Origin: a virus
Taxonomy: Duplodnaviria; Caudoviricetes
Strand: one strand, 5' to 3'
DNA length: 53,523 bases
IMG/VR virus record: IMGVR_UViG_3300029319_000067
Location: 1-53,523 of that record
Position numbers and translations under genes: made by a program. Shown piece by piece: positions 6,806 to 15,522 of this stretch. A model generated the notes under the pieces. That model saw nothing but the letters and a program-made list of their open reading frames with translations. It made no database searches and was not told where the DNA came from. Within the stretch, counting starts at the first letter, position 1. Every line of letters starts with the position of its first letter.

Positions 6806-8065
6806 CTAGTCTACAACAATCATACGCTCAGGAGCAGGATTGAAGTAAGGACGGTCAGCATACTCGGCAGTTGTCATCCACAGTCGTTTACAGTTGGCAC
6901 GCTTTGGTTTAGGAGCCAACATGTCTGTGAGCACAACCATACCGTCGTACTTGTTTTCGTTCACATATTTCGTAGGCGCATCAAAGCAAGTACCACCGAA
7001 CATCACCCGTTCCCAGTTTCGCTTTTGACCTTTCTTCCAAGTGTAGATGTGTTTCTCACCCACGCTACTGTCAAAAGGAATGATATCAAAGCTCACTAGG
7101 TCACACAGCTTGTTCAACTCTGCGTAGAACTTGACGAGCATCGTGTCATCCACACTACCACTCTGGTCAATGCACACAGCAATCTTTGCTTCTCGCTTTA
7201 CCTTAGTACCAGCATGAATGTAAGGGAATCGTTTATTGATTCGTTTAATAGTGTGACGACGGTTAGCCCTTACTGAAGTATTAACAAAGCTTCGGAGAAC
7301 TTTCTTCCAGTCTACCTTTGTCTTAATACTGTCAATAATAATCTTTTTTGCTTTGCCCTCGCACGAACCAAAGCCACGACCAGCAGCCGCTTCTTCAGCA
7401 GCTTGCTTCATGACGTCCTTCATCTTTTCTTTAGCAATCTCAGCAGCAGTGGAACTTCCCTCACTTTCTTCCCAGCCACTATGGTCATCGAGTGGTTCGG
7501 CACCGCCAGCCCCACCTTGACCCTGTTGATCAGAATCCCCGTCTTGACCACCGCCCGATGAGTTCCCCTCGGAACCATCACCTTCACCGTCTTCATTGTT
7601 TTCGCTTTCACTCTGTGCATCCTCTTTAAGCATCTTCAAGTACTTCTCAGCGGACAGTCCGTGAGGGTATTTTTCAAACGGTCCCTCACCTGGGAGACAA
7701 CAGTTCTCAGGAAGTAGGTCACGCTGTTTGCCAGCCTTTGTCAGAAGACTGTTGATAGCCAAGTCAGTAGCAATGTTCCAAGCTTTGAAGTTCACACCGT
7801 CAGGGATGCGACCCGTGACGTGTCCCAAGATAATGTGCCAGAACTCGTGGAACAAAATCCCTTTACGCTGTGGCTGAGGAAGTTCCTCAAAGAACTTGGG
7901 ATTGACCACAAGCTCAAAGCTTTCTGTCTGAGGGTTTAGTCGGACACCCGCTGTCGGAATCGTTGTGACTAAGCGCTTATCCATCCTGCGTGACAGAGCA
8001 GCATAGAACGGCTCATCGTGGAGCAGCTTTACCAACTCTTGTGAAAGGTCAAACTCTTGATGCAT
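6806..8065 (-). CDS. HEXXH metallopeptidase-like plus VWA domain protein (DUF2201-like)
   Basis: HEFWH, WNIATDLAIN, acidic G-rich linker, MIDAS DQSGS, GGT, LTD. Confidence 0.85.
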   Translation of the reverse strand: MHQEFDLSQELVKLLHDEPFYAALSRRMDKRLVTTIPTAGVRLNPQTESFELVVNPKFFEELPQPQRKGILFHEFWHIILGHVTGRIPDGVNFKAWNIATDLAINSLLTKAGKQRDLLPENCCLPGEGPFEKYPHGLSAEKYLKMLKEDAQSESENNEDGEGDGSEGNSSGGGQDGDSDQQGQGGAGGAEPLDDHSGWEESEGSSTAAEIAKEKMKDVMKQAAEEAAAGRGFGSCEGKAKKIIIDSIKTKVDWKKVLRSFVNTSVRANRRHTIKRINKRFPYIHAGTKVKREAKIAVCIDQSGSVDDTMLVKFYAELNKLCDLVSFDIIPFDSSVGEKHIYTWKKGQKRNWERVMFGGTCFDAPTKYVNENKYDGMVVLTDMLAPKPKRANCKRLWMTTAEYADRPYFNPAPERMIVVD

Positions 8066-8092
8066 CCTGAACTCCTCTCAAAGAACATATGT

Positions 8093-8152
8093 AGAATACC
8101 AAATGTGGCTCAAATGTCAAGCGTATTTTAACAATCTTTACATTTCTTCATA
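8093..8152 (-). promoter_or_regulatory. Sigma70-like early promoter with direct-repeat box
   Basis: TTGACA-16-TATTCT; box at 8133-8152. Confidence 0.7.
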
Positions 8153-8217
8153 AAGTTTTTTTTAATGCTCGCTTAGAAGGTACCCTAATCGCTACGCCTC
8201 AGAATGCGGTTTTTGAT

Positions 8218-8249
8218 AAAAAAACGGGCTGGTCACTGCGACCAACCCG
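8218..8249 (-). terminator. Rho-independent terminator
   Basis: CGGGTTGGTC/GACCAGCCCG stem followed by T7. Confidence 0.8.
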
Positions 8250-8348
8250 CGAGACACACAGGAGATGAGGCTTGGGAGGAGACTGTGTGTCTCTAAACTT
8301 AATGCTCCTTTAGGGGCACCCCTAACTCAGAGCCTTGAAACGCCGATT
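8218..8348 (-). ncRNA. Candidate structured 3'UTR-derived small RNA with anti-SD loop
   Basis: Three hairpins; 11-bp stem 8251-8261/8283-8293 with loop UCUCCUCCCAAGCCUCAUCUC. Confidence 0.4.
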
Positions 8349-9395
8349 TTACCCAAGCAAATCAGCGATGAACAGACCGAAGGGCTTACCAGCAACCTGC
8401 TTTGTGTGCAACTTGTCGAGCACAGCAGGAGCAGCGTTAGCCACCTGACCCCAGAAGTGAATCGAAAGCTCAGCAGGAATGACCGAGAAGTACTCTGCAA
8501 GCGATTCAACCTGTGCATCATCCAACTCGTTCTCACCCAAGAACACAACCAACTTCTCATTAAGAGCGTTTAGTTTGTGTGTATCAAGCTTTGCAGCTTT
8601 CTGTGCTTGACCATCAAGAAGTTTTTCTGGAGTAAGAAGGGCTTCGTAGTTCTGTGCAAAGTCTTTAAACGTCACAGCAGCCTCAAACCCAACATATCCA
8701 CAAGCGAGATGAAAGACAACATCTAGATTATCTTTACCCTCAACAAGACCACCACCAACAAGACAGTCGTTTAGACGATGCCAAGAACGACGCGAAGGGT
8801 AAACCTTGTTAGGCTCTGGATCCTCATTGTGCTCAAGGTGGTTACGATTCTGGTTAATGAAGTCCCAAACCAGAGTGTGGACATTATCTTTTGCCCAAGT
8901 CAACCAGTCTTCCACAGTGGGGTTAATGTCCCACACAACCCAACGGTCAAGCTCCGCAGGGTCAAGCTCACTCACTTGGTAAGCACCTGCACAATCCTCA
9001 CCGCCATTGACCGCAGCCATAACGAGAGTGTCAGGGTGGAGATGAAAACCATTCATCTTACGAGAGTCAGTCAACTCCATGATGCCCTGACGCACTTCAG
9101 GGATAGCACGGTCAACCTCATCAAGGAAAAGCATGACAGGCTTGTCACACGCTTCTTTGAACCAGTCTGGAGCAAGCCATGTGGTGCAACCGTTGCTAAC
9201 TTCTGGGAGACCCATCAAGTCACCCTCAGTCATCTGTGAAGCACGACGCTCTACAACTGGCAAACCCAGTCGCTCAGCAGTTTGGTAAACAACCTGTGAC
9301 TTACCAATACCGTGACGTCCGCGAATCATCACGGGCTTTTTGTCACGCAGAACGTGGTCAACAACGAGGTTAAAGGTTTTGAAATCGATAGCCAT
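8349..9395 (-). CDS. MoxR-like AAA+ ATPase
   Basis: Walker A GRHGIGKS, Walker B LFLDE, LDPAELDRW, SRRSW; adjacent to VWA partner. Confidence 0.85.
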   Translation of the reverse strand: MAIDFKTFNLVVDHVLRDKKPVMIRGRHGIGKSQVVYQTAERLGLPVVERRASQMTEGDLMGLPEVSNGCTTWLAPDWFKEACDKPVMLFLDEVDRAIPEVRQGIMELTDSRKMNGFHLHPDTLVMAAVNGGEDCAGAYQVSELDPAELDRWVVWDINPTVEDWLTWAKDNVHTLVWDFINQNRNHLEHNEDPEPNKVYPSRRSWHRLNDCLVGGGLVEGKDNLDVVFHLACGYVGFEAAVTFKDFAQNYEALLTPEKLLDGQAQKAAKLDTHKLNALNEKLVVFLGENELDDAQVESLAEYFSVIPAELSIHFWGQVANAAPAVLDKLHTKQVAGKPFGLFIADLLG

Positions 9396-9442
9396 TCTTT
9401 CCTCCAATGCGCGAAGCGCTTTCCCATCTCAGTTACATAAGC

Positions 9443-9502
9443 AATATAACACATTGTGCGTCAGAGTCAAGGGTTTTTGTGCAATCTTTACATTTCTTAA
9501 CA
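9443..9502 (-). promoter_or_regulatory. Sigma70-like early promoter with direct-repeat box
   Basis: TTGACT-16-TATATT; box at 9483-9502. Confidence 0.7.
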
Positions 9503-9662
9503 ACTTTTTTCGTTCCTGTGAATCTGTAATAAAGTTCTTGACTTATGCCCCCCTCCTGGGGCAAGTACAGGCATGAATCACAGTATGCGTCACAGTCTTT
9601 ACCACATTTGCCCATATTGATCCAATCCTTCCCACTCTATCACAAATAAGTTACACCGTGTA

Positions 9663-9884
9663 TTACACATTACCCCCCACATCATTGGGGTCAAAAAGGT
9701 GCCATACAGGAACCTCTAATGACTCCCCTTTATACAGCACTGTTACCTTACCTACTCCTCCTGTTATTCTTTCATTTTCTAATGCTAATACTAATGGCTG
9801 GGGTAATAGTTTCTTTACATGAGGAAAGGGCATATCTTCATCGTCTATGTATAATAGCTTATATACTCTTCCCTTTATAATCAT
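9663..9884 (-). CDS. Hypothetical protein, possibly SH3-like
   Basis: MIIKGRVYKL...VTVLYKGE; GAGG RBS. Confidence 0.55.
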   Translation of the reverse strand: MIIKGRVYKLLYIDDEDMPFPHVKKLLPQPLVLALENERITGGVGKVTVLYKGESLEVPVWHLFDPNDVGGNV

Positions 9885-9885
9885 T

Positions 9886-10248
9886 TTAATTGTCCTCGGC
9901 AGGAAGCCAATCCCAGGTTCCATCAGCTAGCTGCACAACCGAACCAACAAACTCCCACGGACAGTTCGACCACGTTTGTGGGTCAATAAGTGAAAGGCGA
10001 TGAACCCCACTCTCCTGATAAAGAAAGTAGGGTTGTTTACACTTGGGTTCAAAGTTGAACAAGGCTGCATCAATAATGTTAGCCAACCTTACTCTCTCTT
10101 GAAGTTGTAAAGCTTGACGTTGAATAACCTCTGCTTGTTCTCTTAGCTTCTCTAACTGTTCATTAGCATAATGCTCCGTTATTGTTCTTTGCTTTGTTTT
10201 ATACTGAACAATATCATTTGGCTTAACGGGTGCGCTAAGTGTTGACAT
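9886..10248 (-). CDS. DUF2452-like protein
   Basis: Coiled coil then FNFEP...YFLY...LSLIDP..W...FVGSV...W pattern (from recall); start uncertain. Confidence 0.6.
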   Translation of the reverse strand: MSTLSAPVKPNDIVQYKTKQRTITEHYANEQLEKLREQAEVIQRQALQLQERVRLANIIDAALFNFEPKCKQPYFLYQESGVHRLSLIDPQTWSNCPWEFVGSVVQLADGTWDWLPAEDN

Positions 10249-10492
10249 TGGATATTCTAGTGTGTTTTTCTTTTTCATTGTCCTCAACAAATTCACGCTT
10301 TCGTCTGAACATGACCAGCACCCTGAGTTTTCTCCATCGACGGGGAAGTTTTTTCCTGGCGTCTTTTGCGTATGCCTGGGGTACAGTCACGTCTAGTGTT
10401 TTACCACTATCATCTTGGTTAATCTCAATCTCATATTCTTCACTCAATGAAAACTCTTGAATGAACTTGCTAATCATTTCTTTCAGATTCAT
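10235..10492 (-). CDS. Hypothetical protein
   Basis: ORF tiling with neighbours. Confidence 0.55.
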   Translation of the reverse strand: MNLKEMISKFIQEFSLSEEYEIEINQDDSGKTLDVTVPQAYAKDARKKLPRRWRKLRVLVMFRRKREFVEDNEKEKHTRISNVNT

Positions 10493-10757
10493 CAGATGGA
10501 CTCTTTGTTTTATTTGTATCTATTCTCGACAAGAACGGGCGCTTAGGACGTTGTGCTCTTTTGTGTAGTTGAACTTGGGAAGCGTGATATGTTCGCTTCT
10601 CCCCAAGCGAAGGCACGTAGACTTTTACTAGCTTGTCGCCAGTGTAGTCCTCCAACACAATCGCCTTCAGCGTTTCCTGCTTGCGGCTCATCGAAGAGTC
10701 ACCATAAGCGTATCCAAGTTCGTCCGTGTCAATACGGACTAAATCACCTCTTTTCAT
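10470..10757 (-). CDS. KOW/SH3-like protein
   Basis: MKRGDLVRI...AIVLE...VKVY. Confidence 0.7.
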   Translation of the reverse strand: MKRGDLVRIDTDELGYAYGDSSMSRKQETLKAIVLEDYTGDKLVKVYVPSLGEKRTYHASQVQLHKRAQRPKRPFLSRIDTNKTKSPSDESERND

Positions 10758-10758
10758 T

Positions 10759-10980
10759 TCATTTTTGTTTCCATTGTTTCATGCACCACTCAAAGCGATG
10801 CTGTCGATGGGCGTCAGTAGGACACCACTTTTGTGCCACGTTTAGGCACTTGGACACCTGTTCATCATGACGTTGAGTATCCGTGGTGCCGTTTGACAAC
10901 ATTAGACCAATGCCCATAAGAACACCGCCTAGCCAAACAACGCCAAATCCTACCAAATCACTTTTCCAGTCCCATTTCAT
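10759..10980 (-). CDS. Small membrane-anchored Cys-containing protein
   Basis: N-terminal transmembrane segment; GGAG RBS. Confidence 0.6.
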   Translation of the reverse strand: MKWDWKSDLVGFGVVWLGGVLMGIGLMLSNGTTDTQRHDEQVSKCLNVAQKWCPTDAHRQHRFEWCMKQWKQK

Positions 10981-11183
10981 TTTTTACTCCTTTTATTAAT
11001 ATTTTTTCTATGTTGTTTCCAACTAACTAGATCTGAAGCTACCTCAATGGTATCATTCATTCCTTTCCACAACACTCGATAAATCGCTGGCTCATCCAGT
11101 CCTTGCGAAAGCACCTCAAGTATCATGCCGGTGTCATTCATGATAGAGTGAACAACAAGGTCTCCTCGTCTAAATCTGTGCAT
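10977..11183 (-). CDS. KOW/SH3-like miniprotein
   Basis: FRRGDLVV...TGMILEV...YRVLW. Confidence 0.7.
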   Translation of the reverse strand: MHRFRRGDLVVHSIMNDTGMILEVLSQGLDEPAIYRVLWKGMNDTIEVASDLVSWKQHRKNINKRSKK

Positions 11184-11934
11184 TTGTAGCCCTTACGTTT
11201 TCGGAGATGTACTCCAGCCATTCGATATCTGCATCGATTTCTTCTTTAGTTGTGCTGGGCTCGATATTAAACCGCACACTAACGGGCGTGTCTCCTCTAT
11301 CTGGAACCGCAGCAGTGATGTCTATCTTTGAAGCGAAGCCACCAACACAGACTCCAAGCTGTGGGATCTCATACTCAGTCATTGGAGGAGTAACCCATTG
11401 GTCTTTACCTGACGTTGTGCGAACAAGGAGTTGACAACTTAGAGCGTTCTGTAGTCGCCACTTGACATGCTCAAACTCGCCAAAGGCGCGACTCAAATCC
11501 GCGCCATTGTAAAGCTTCTCTCGGACTTGTTCGTATGGAGCCATGCCACCGATATCGGCACGCTTGGAAAGCCCAGTAACGATAGCAGATTCATTTTCTC
11601 GATACTGCTCGGTAGCTTTAATAAACGTCCCTTTGCCCCATCGAGCACCGTGAGTCGCTCTGAGGATTTTTTCATAAAGCTCTTTTGCTCTGGGGATACG
11701 GCTGTTAACGTATTTTTTTACTGGACATGTACGCTGGTTATGACCGGGTTGTCCACACCACTTGCATCTTCTCACAGCTTTCTTTTTCTTCTCCTCCGCA
11801 GCCAACTCTTGCTTCGCCCAAAGCGCTCCACGCTCTGCGTTGGTAGCAAGCCACTCATGTCTACGCTCACAGGTGCGCTGGTTGTGCCCCTCTTCGCCGC
11901 AGAATCCACACCTGACAGTTCCTGACCAACTCAT
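11170..11934 (-). CDS. Double CCHC zinc-knuckle protein
   Basis: CGFCGEEGHNQRTC and CKWCGQPGHNQRTC (CX2CX4HX4C). Confidence 0.8.
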   Translation of the reverse strand: MSWSGTVRCGFCGEEGHNQRTCERRHEWLATNAERGALWAKQELAAEEKKKKAVRRCKWCGQPGHNQRTCPVKKYVNSRIPRAKELYEKILRATHGARWGKGTFIKATEQYRENESAIVTGLSKRADIGGMAPYEQVREKLYNGADLSRAFGEFEHVKWRLQNALSCQLLVRTTSGKDQWVTPPMTEYEIPQLGVCVGGFASKIDITAAVPDRGDTPVSVRFNIEPSTTKEEIDADIEWLEYISENVRATNAQI

Positions 11935-11960
11935 GTTTCTCCTCTCTCAAAGACAAACTC

Positions 11961-12017
11961 ATATTACCAAACTCAGCGAAAAAGTCAAGCATTTATTTGT
12001 TAAGAAATGTAAAGATT
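11961..12017 (-). promoter_or_regulatory. Sigma70-like early promoter with inverted direct-repeat box
   Basis: TTGACT-16-TAATAT; TGTTAAGAAATGTAAAGATT on plus strand at 11998-12017. Confidence 0.7.
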
Positions 12018-12021
12018 ATTA

Positions 12022-12267
12022 TTATTTCTCAGCGCATACTGGAATGTACTCTGCCCTTCCAGAAATAATCTTTTCTTCAAGCTCACGAGCGTAGTATAAA
12101 TCAGGCGACCCGCTATTCGCCCATTTAACCTCGACTATAGTTTTGCCATTAGAAATGGTTATTACTTCAGTTACAATGATTGTCTCGTGAAAGTTGCGCT
12201 TGGATTTATACTCGTCATAGAAAGACAACCTAATGGTGTCGCCCTTAGAAAATTTCAACATTTCCAT
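12022..12267 (-). CDS. KOW/SH3-like protein
   Basis: FSKGDTIRL...IIVTEV...VEVKW...YARELE. Confidence 0.6.
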   Translation of the reverse strand: MEMLKFSKGDTIRLSFYDEYKSKRNFHETIIVTEVITISNGKTIVEVKWANSGSPDLYYARELEEKIISGRAEYIPVCAEK

Positions 12268-12460
12268 TTTCCTTTGCCTTGATGGTTATACCGGCGACTC
12301 GATCATCATAGACAACTTCCACCATCCCCAGATTTAGAAGATTGATGACTGCTGCCATAGATTCAAAGGTTTCATCTCCCACGAGCCCCTCCTCCGCTGC
12401 GTTAAGCAAGAAGTCGGTCGTGATTAATCCTTTGCAAGTTTCTAGTTGTTGTTTGTGCAT
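12245..12460 (-). CDS. Hypothetical protein
   Basis: Start re-assigned to MHKQQLE with GGGGAG RBS. Confidence 0.55.
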   Translation of the reverse strand: MHKQQLETCKGLITTDFLLNAAEEGLVGDETFESMAAVINLLNLGMVEVVYDDRVAGITIKAKENGNVEIF

Positions 12461-12470
12461 GTCTTCTCCC

Positions 12471-12791
12471 CTAAACAGCGTACCGGATTGAGTACTCGGT
12501 GCAATGATCCTTTCGATCCTCGTCCGTAATGTAACCGCGAACAGCAGACTTTGTTTTGGTCTGAGGCGCTTTCCAAGTTGCAGCGCGAAGAATAGCACCG
12601 TCGTCTTTACGAACAAAGCCATAAACAGACCTAGACGAACCAGATTTTGTCCAGATTCGCCAGTACTTGCGACCATTATCAAAGCCAATGGTTGGGATGG
12701 TCAGCCTTGGAAACTTCTCTCGATAGTGAGTGTGAACGATATCTTCAATCTCTGCAACGAAATCTTTGAACTCTTTTTCCAAGTAGTGCAT
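12471..12791 (-). CDS. Conserved phage hypothetical protein
   Basis: GRKYWRI...RSVYGFV..DGAILRAATWKAP motif, familiar from phage early proteins. Confidence 0.65.
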   Translation of the reverse strand: MHYLEKEFKDFVAEIEDIVHTHYREKFPRLTIPTIGFDNGRKYWRIWTKSGSSRSVYGFVRKDDGAILRAATWKAPQTKTKSAVRGYITDEDRKDHCTEYSIRYAV

Positions 12792-13552
12792 TATTTTTTC
12801 TCCTTTTTGTTTTCTTCTGCCACCAGCGCAGCTAGCACCTTGCCAGCGAGTTTATTTGTGTCCTCAACCTGCGACGGCGTGTAGTGCCTAGCACCATCAG
12901 CGAGCACAAAGCGCGTTGTCGAGACCGGCTCAGGAGGCACACGACTTGGAACGACCAGCTTGGTGTTTGAAAAGCCCCAACTGGCGATGGCACTGTAGTT
13001 CCTAACATCTTTTTCCATTTCTGGATCATAATCTTTAACAGTGTTCCGAAGCTCATTACAAGCCCCTTCAGGAGGGCAGGGCATCCAAGCCTCAACCCTC
13101 TGACCGAGGTCTTGTCGCCAGACCCAAAGCTTTGGCTCACGGAAGGTGCCAGAACTACCGTGACTGTAGACGCTGGCACAGTTATCAGGCACAAACCCAA
13201 GAACGATGCCAACGTTTCCTCGCTCGCCACCGTATTCATCAAACCGGACAACAGCACCTCGCCCGATACCAAACCTAGTCAGGATTTTTTGGGCAATCTC
13301 CGATGTCACATCATTGTTCTGCTTGACGACACGGGTCATCTCAGCCTTGACAGGGCAAGTCCGAGCGTTGTGACCGGACTGGTTGCACCAACTACACTTG
13401 CGCTTTGAAGCACGCGCCTTGGCGTCTCTGGCTTGCACTGCTCGCCAACTGTCTGGGTTTTCTTCAATGAATTTTTTAAGCTCTGGACAAGTGCGACGGT
13501 TGTGACCTTTTTGATAACAATAAGAGCAACGAACAGTTCCGTTATATGACAT
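12791..13552 (-). CDS. Double CCHC zinc-knuckle protein, paralogue of 11170..11934
   Basis: MSYNGTVRCSYCYQKGHNRRTC and CSWCNQSGHNARTC; AGGAGG RBS. Confidence 0.8.
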   Translation of the reverse strand: MSYNGTVRCSYCYQKGHNRRTCPELKKFIEENPDSWRAVQARDAKARASKRKCSWCNQSGHNARTCPVKAEMTRVVKQNNDVTSEIAQKILTRFGIGRGAVVRFDEYGGERGNVGIVLGFVPDNCASVYSHGSSGTFREPKLWVWRQDLGQRVEAWMPCPPEGACNELRNTVKDYDPEMEKDVRNYSAIASWGFSNTKLVVPSRVPPEPVSTTRFVLADGARHYTPSQVEDTNKLAGKVLAALVAEENKKEKK

Positions 13553-13587
13553 TTTTCCTCCTGTTTCCCTCATCTCGTTACATGTGC

Positions 13588-13655
13588 AATTTAGCACAAT
13601 GGGAGCAAAAGTCAATAGGAAAAGTGCAATTAAAGTGTGAAGAAATGTAAAGATT
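13588..13655 (-). promoter_or_regulatory. Sigma70-like early promoter with inverted direct-repeat box
   Basis: TTGACT-16-TAAATT; TGTGAAGAAATGTAAAGATT on plus strand at 13636-13655. Confidence 0.7.
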
Positions 13656-13773
13656 ATAAGTCGAAGTCGGTGTATTCGCTTTTACTGACAAAGAAAAGTT
13701 TTAATACGATATAGCCTGTAAAGATTATCACTGGAAGTGTTACTAGTGTACCAATCAATAACAGCCATTTCAT
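13654..13773 (-). CDS. 39-aa membrane peptide
   Basis: Own translation MKWLLLIGTLVTLPVIIFTGYIVLKLFFVSKSEYTDFDL. Confidence 0.5.
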   Translation of the reverse strand: MKWLLLIGTLVTLPVIIFTGYIVLKLFFVSKSEYTDFDL

Positions 13774-13774
13774 T

Positions 13775-13999
13775 TCAGCCTCGCCGTAAAAACTCTTTCG
13801 CGATTATATCAACACCATCGCTTCCTAGTATTTTAGCAAAGTGTTTATTATCTGTTAACAAAAATATCACTTTCTGTCCAGCATACTTGTGTCTCTCATA
13901 TTCGCTATGAATACTTTGGGTGAGCCATGGTGGATCAAGACGTTCAGCCCATTGAACGACTTCTAACAGTTCTCCCTTTTCAAAGGTTTCTTCAAGCAT
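13775..13999 (-). CDS. KOW/SH3-like protein
   Basis: FEKGELLEV...KVIFL...AKIL. Confidence 0.55.
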   Translation of the reverse strand: MLEETFEKGELLEVVQWAERLDPPWLTQSIHSEYERHKYAGQKVIFLLTDNKHFAKILGSDGVDIIAKEFLRRG

Positions 14000-15321
14000 T
14001 ATTTACTTTTGCCACGGTAACAATCTTTGATGCCCTGGGATTTACAACTGGCTTTCTGAGTAAAGCCCATCTTTTTACATGGAGTTCTTTTGCAATATGC
14101 CGGTGTGGCTCCACGTCTATCTTCTTTTTCATCTAGAGGATAAACGGAGTCATCTAGCATCGGCTCATAATATGGTGGTGGAAACTTTAATTTTTTTTTA
14201 AGCTTCTCGTAAACTCTCTCGGCAAGTTCATCTTTTAGTTTGTCTGTAACCTGAGATGCTGTGCGTGCGGCAACGCCTTTTGCCTTGCCTCTTGCAGCCT
14301 GTCTAATAATGCTGCCAAGTGTTTCAAGCGACTTTTCTAAATCAATCTCACCAGTAATGGCTCCGATGCGACTAACTGCTTTCTCAATCGGTGCAACGTC
14401 TAGTGCAGCCGGGGCATCCATAGCGACAGTGTAAAAGTCTGTCAACTCATTGCCGAGTCTACCTTTTGAGATTTTAAGAAGCTCTTTCATGCCATCATAC
14501 AGATCCTTGCCCACTGGGTTTGGAACTGACATTGGCTTTAGAAAGTCTGATACTCCTTTACGGAGGTCGCTGATAACTCTGTCCATCTCCTCGACAGTGA
14601 CATCAACATCGCCCTTTACGTCCTCAACTTTAGAGCGTGCCTTGGCGATTAGGTTACCCTCATCATCGCGAACATCTTCGGTACCGAGATTGAACACGTT
14701 AACAAATGGTTTGCCGTCTGGATTTAAAACTTTTGCATATTGCTGTCCAGCAGCCCAGTTGTCGTATGCTTTGTCTTGGATTACATTCTTATTGTAGTCA
14801 TCCCAGATTTTACCTGTGAGTTCTCTACCTACTGTTCTTTCTCTGGCTTGATCCCTTGCGACTGATGTTTCTCTGGGTACGAAAACCTTGATAATGCCAA
14901 TGTCGTATCCGAGTTCAATTAGTTTTTCTAGGACAGGGATTATTCTTTCTGGTTCTTGCGCGGTTGTGTCGATGTAAAGCGGTTTGGCGCGGTTAATGTA
15001 ACCTGCGGCTTTCGACATTGTACCAACCTTCGCAATGTTGCGAAGCTCTGCTTGGGCTTTGCCAACTGGGTCATCTGCGTCCTGAACAAACTTTAGAGAC
15101 ACATCGAACTTTGGAAACAGGTATTCAATAATGTCGTCGGGGTTAAGAGTGAAACGCATCACTTCAGAGGGCACACCCAAGAGTCTCTTTGAGGTGAAGC
15201 TTTTACCAGCGCCTGCTGGTCCTGTCATTAGGATTGCTTTAAAAGGGTGTTTCTGTTTTGCGATTGAAACTTCTTGGAGCAGGTACTGTTCTACCATCTC
15301 GCGGATTAGTTTACGTTTCAT
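13999..15321 (-). CDS. P-loop kinase (zeta-toxin/AAA_33-like) with head-protein leader
   Basis: Leader MKRKLIREMVEQYLLQE; GPAGAGKS, LNPDD, IDTT, ARDQARER; C-terminal Cys-rich module. Confidence 0.7.
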   Translation of the reverse strand: MKRKLIREMVEQYLLQEVSIAKQKHPFKAILMTGPAGAGKSFTSKRLLGVPSEVMRFTLNPDDIIEYLFPKFDVSLKFVQDADDPVGKAQAELRNIAKVGTMSKAAGYINRAKPLYIDTTAQEPERIIPVLEKLIELGYDIGIIKVFVPRETSVARDQARERTVGRELTGKIWDDYNKNVIQDKAYDNWAAGQQYAKVLNPDGKPFVNVFNLGTEDVRDDEGNLIAKARSKVEDVKGDVDVTVEEMDRVISDLRKGVSDFLKPMSVPNPVGKDLYDGMKELLKISKGRLGNELTDFYTVAMDAPAALDVAPIEKAVSRIGAITGEIDLEKSLETLGSIIRQAARGKAKGVAARTASQVTDKLKDELAERVYEKLKKKLKFPPPYYEPMLDDSVYPLDEKEDRRGATPAYCKRTPCKKMGFTQKASCKSQGIKDCYRGKSK

Positions 15322-15341
15322 ATTGGCGACTCCTGTCCAAC

Positions 15342-15349
15342 TAAATAGT
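15342..15349 (-). promoter_or_regulatory. Putative late promoter motif ACTATTTA
   Basis: Intergenic, upstream of the AGGAG RBS of 15321. Confidence 0.6.
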
Positions 15350-15368
15350 TTTATTCATATTGAAAAGT

Positions 15369-15470
15369 TTATTCTTCGATCTTCATTTTTGCCACTGCAT
15401 ACCAAAAAATATTATCGAGAACGATACCAACAACAACGCCGATTGCGTAAACTATTATTAGTTCTGTCAT
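15369..15470 (-). CDS. 33-aa membrane peptide
   Basis: Own translation MTELIIVYAIGVVVGIVLDNIFWYAVAKMKIEE; ACTATTTA at 15478-15485. Confidence 0.5.
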   Translation of the reverse strand: MTELIIVYAIGVVVGIVLDNIFWYAVAKMKIEE

Positions 15471-15491
15471 GACGTTATAAATAGTTTAGAT

Positions 15492-15522
15492 AAAAAAATG
15501 AGGGAGGCTGTGTGCCCCCCTC
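15492..15522 (-). terminator. Rho-independent terminator after hsp20
   Basis: GAGGGGGGC/GCCTCCCTC stem followed by T7. Confidence 0.75.

Noticed and set aside
8150-8348. Possible tRNA in structured intergenic regions (also 15490-15600)
   Set aside because: No cloverleaf, T-loop GTTCRA in context, or CCA end
9433-9615. Cys-rich 60-aa ORF
   Set aside because: Runs through the box and promoter of the MoxR gene and has no recognisable motif; coding status unsupported
15476-15483. TATAAATA on the plus strand as a T4-type late promoter
   Set aside because: Points away from the adjacent minus-strand genes; better explained as the reverse complement of the ACTATTTA motif
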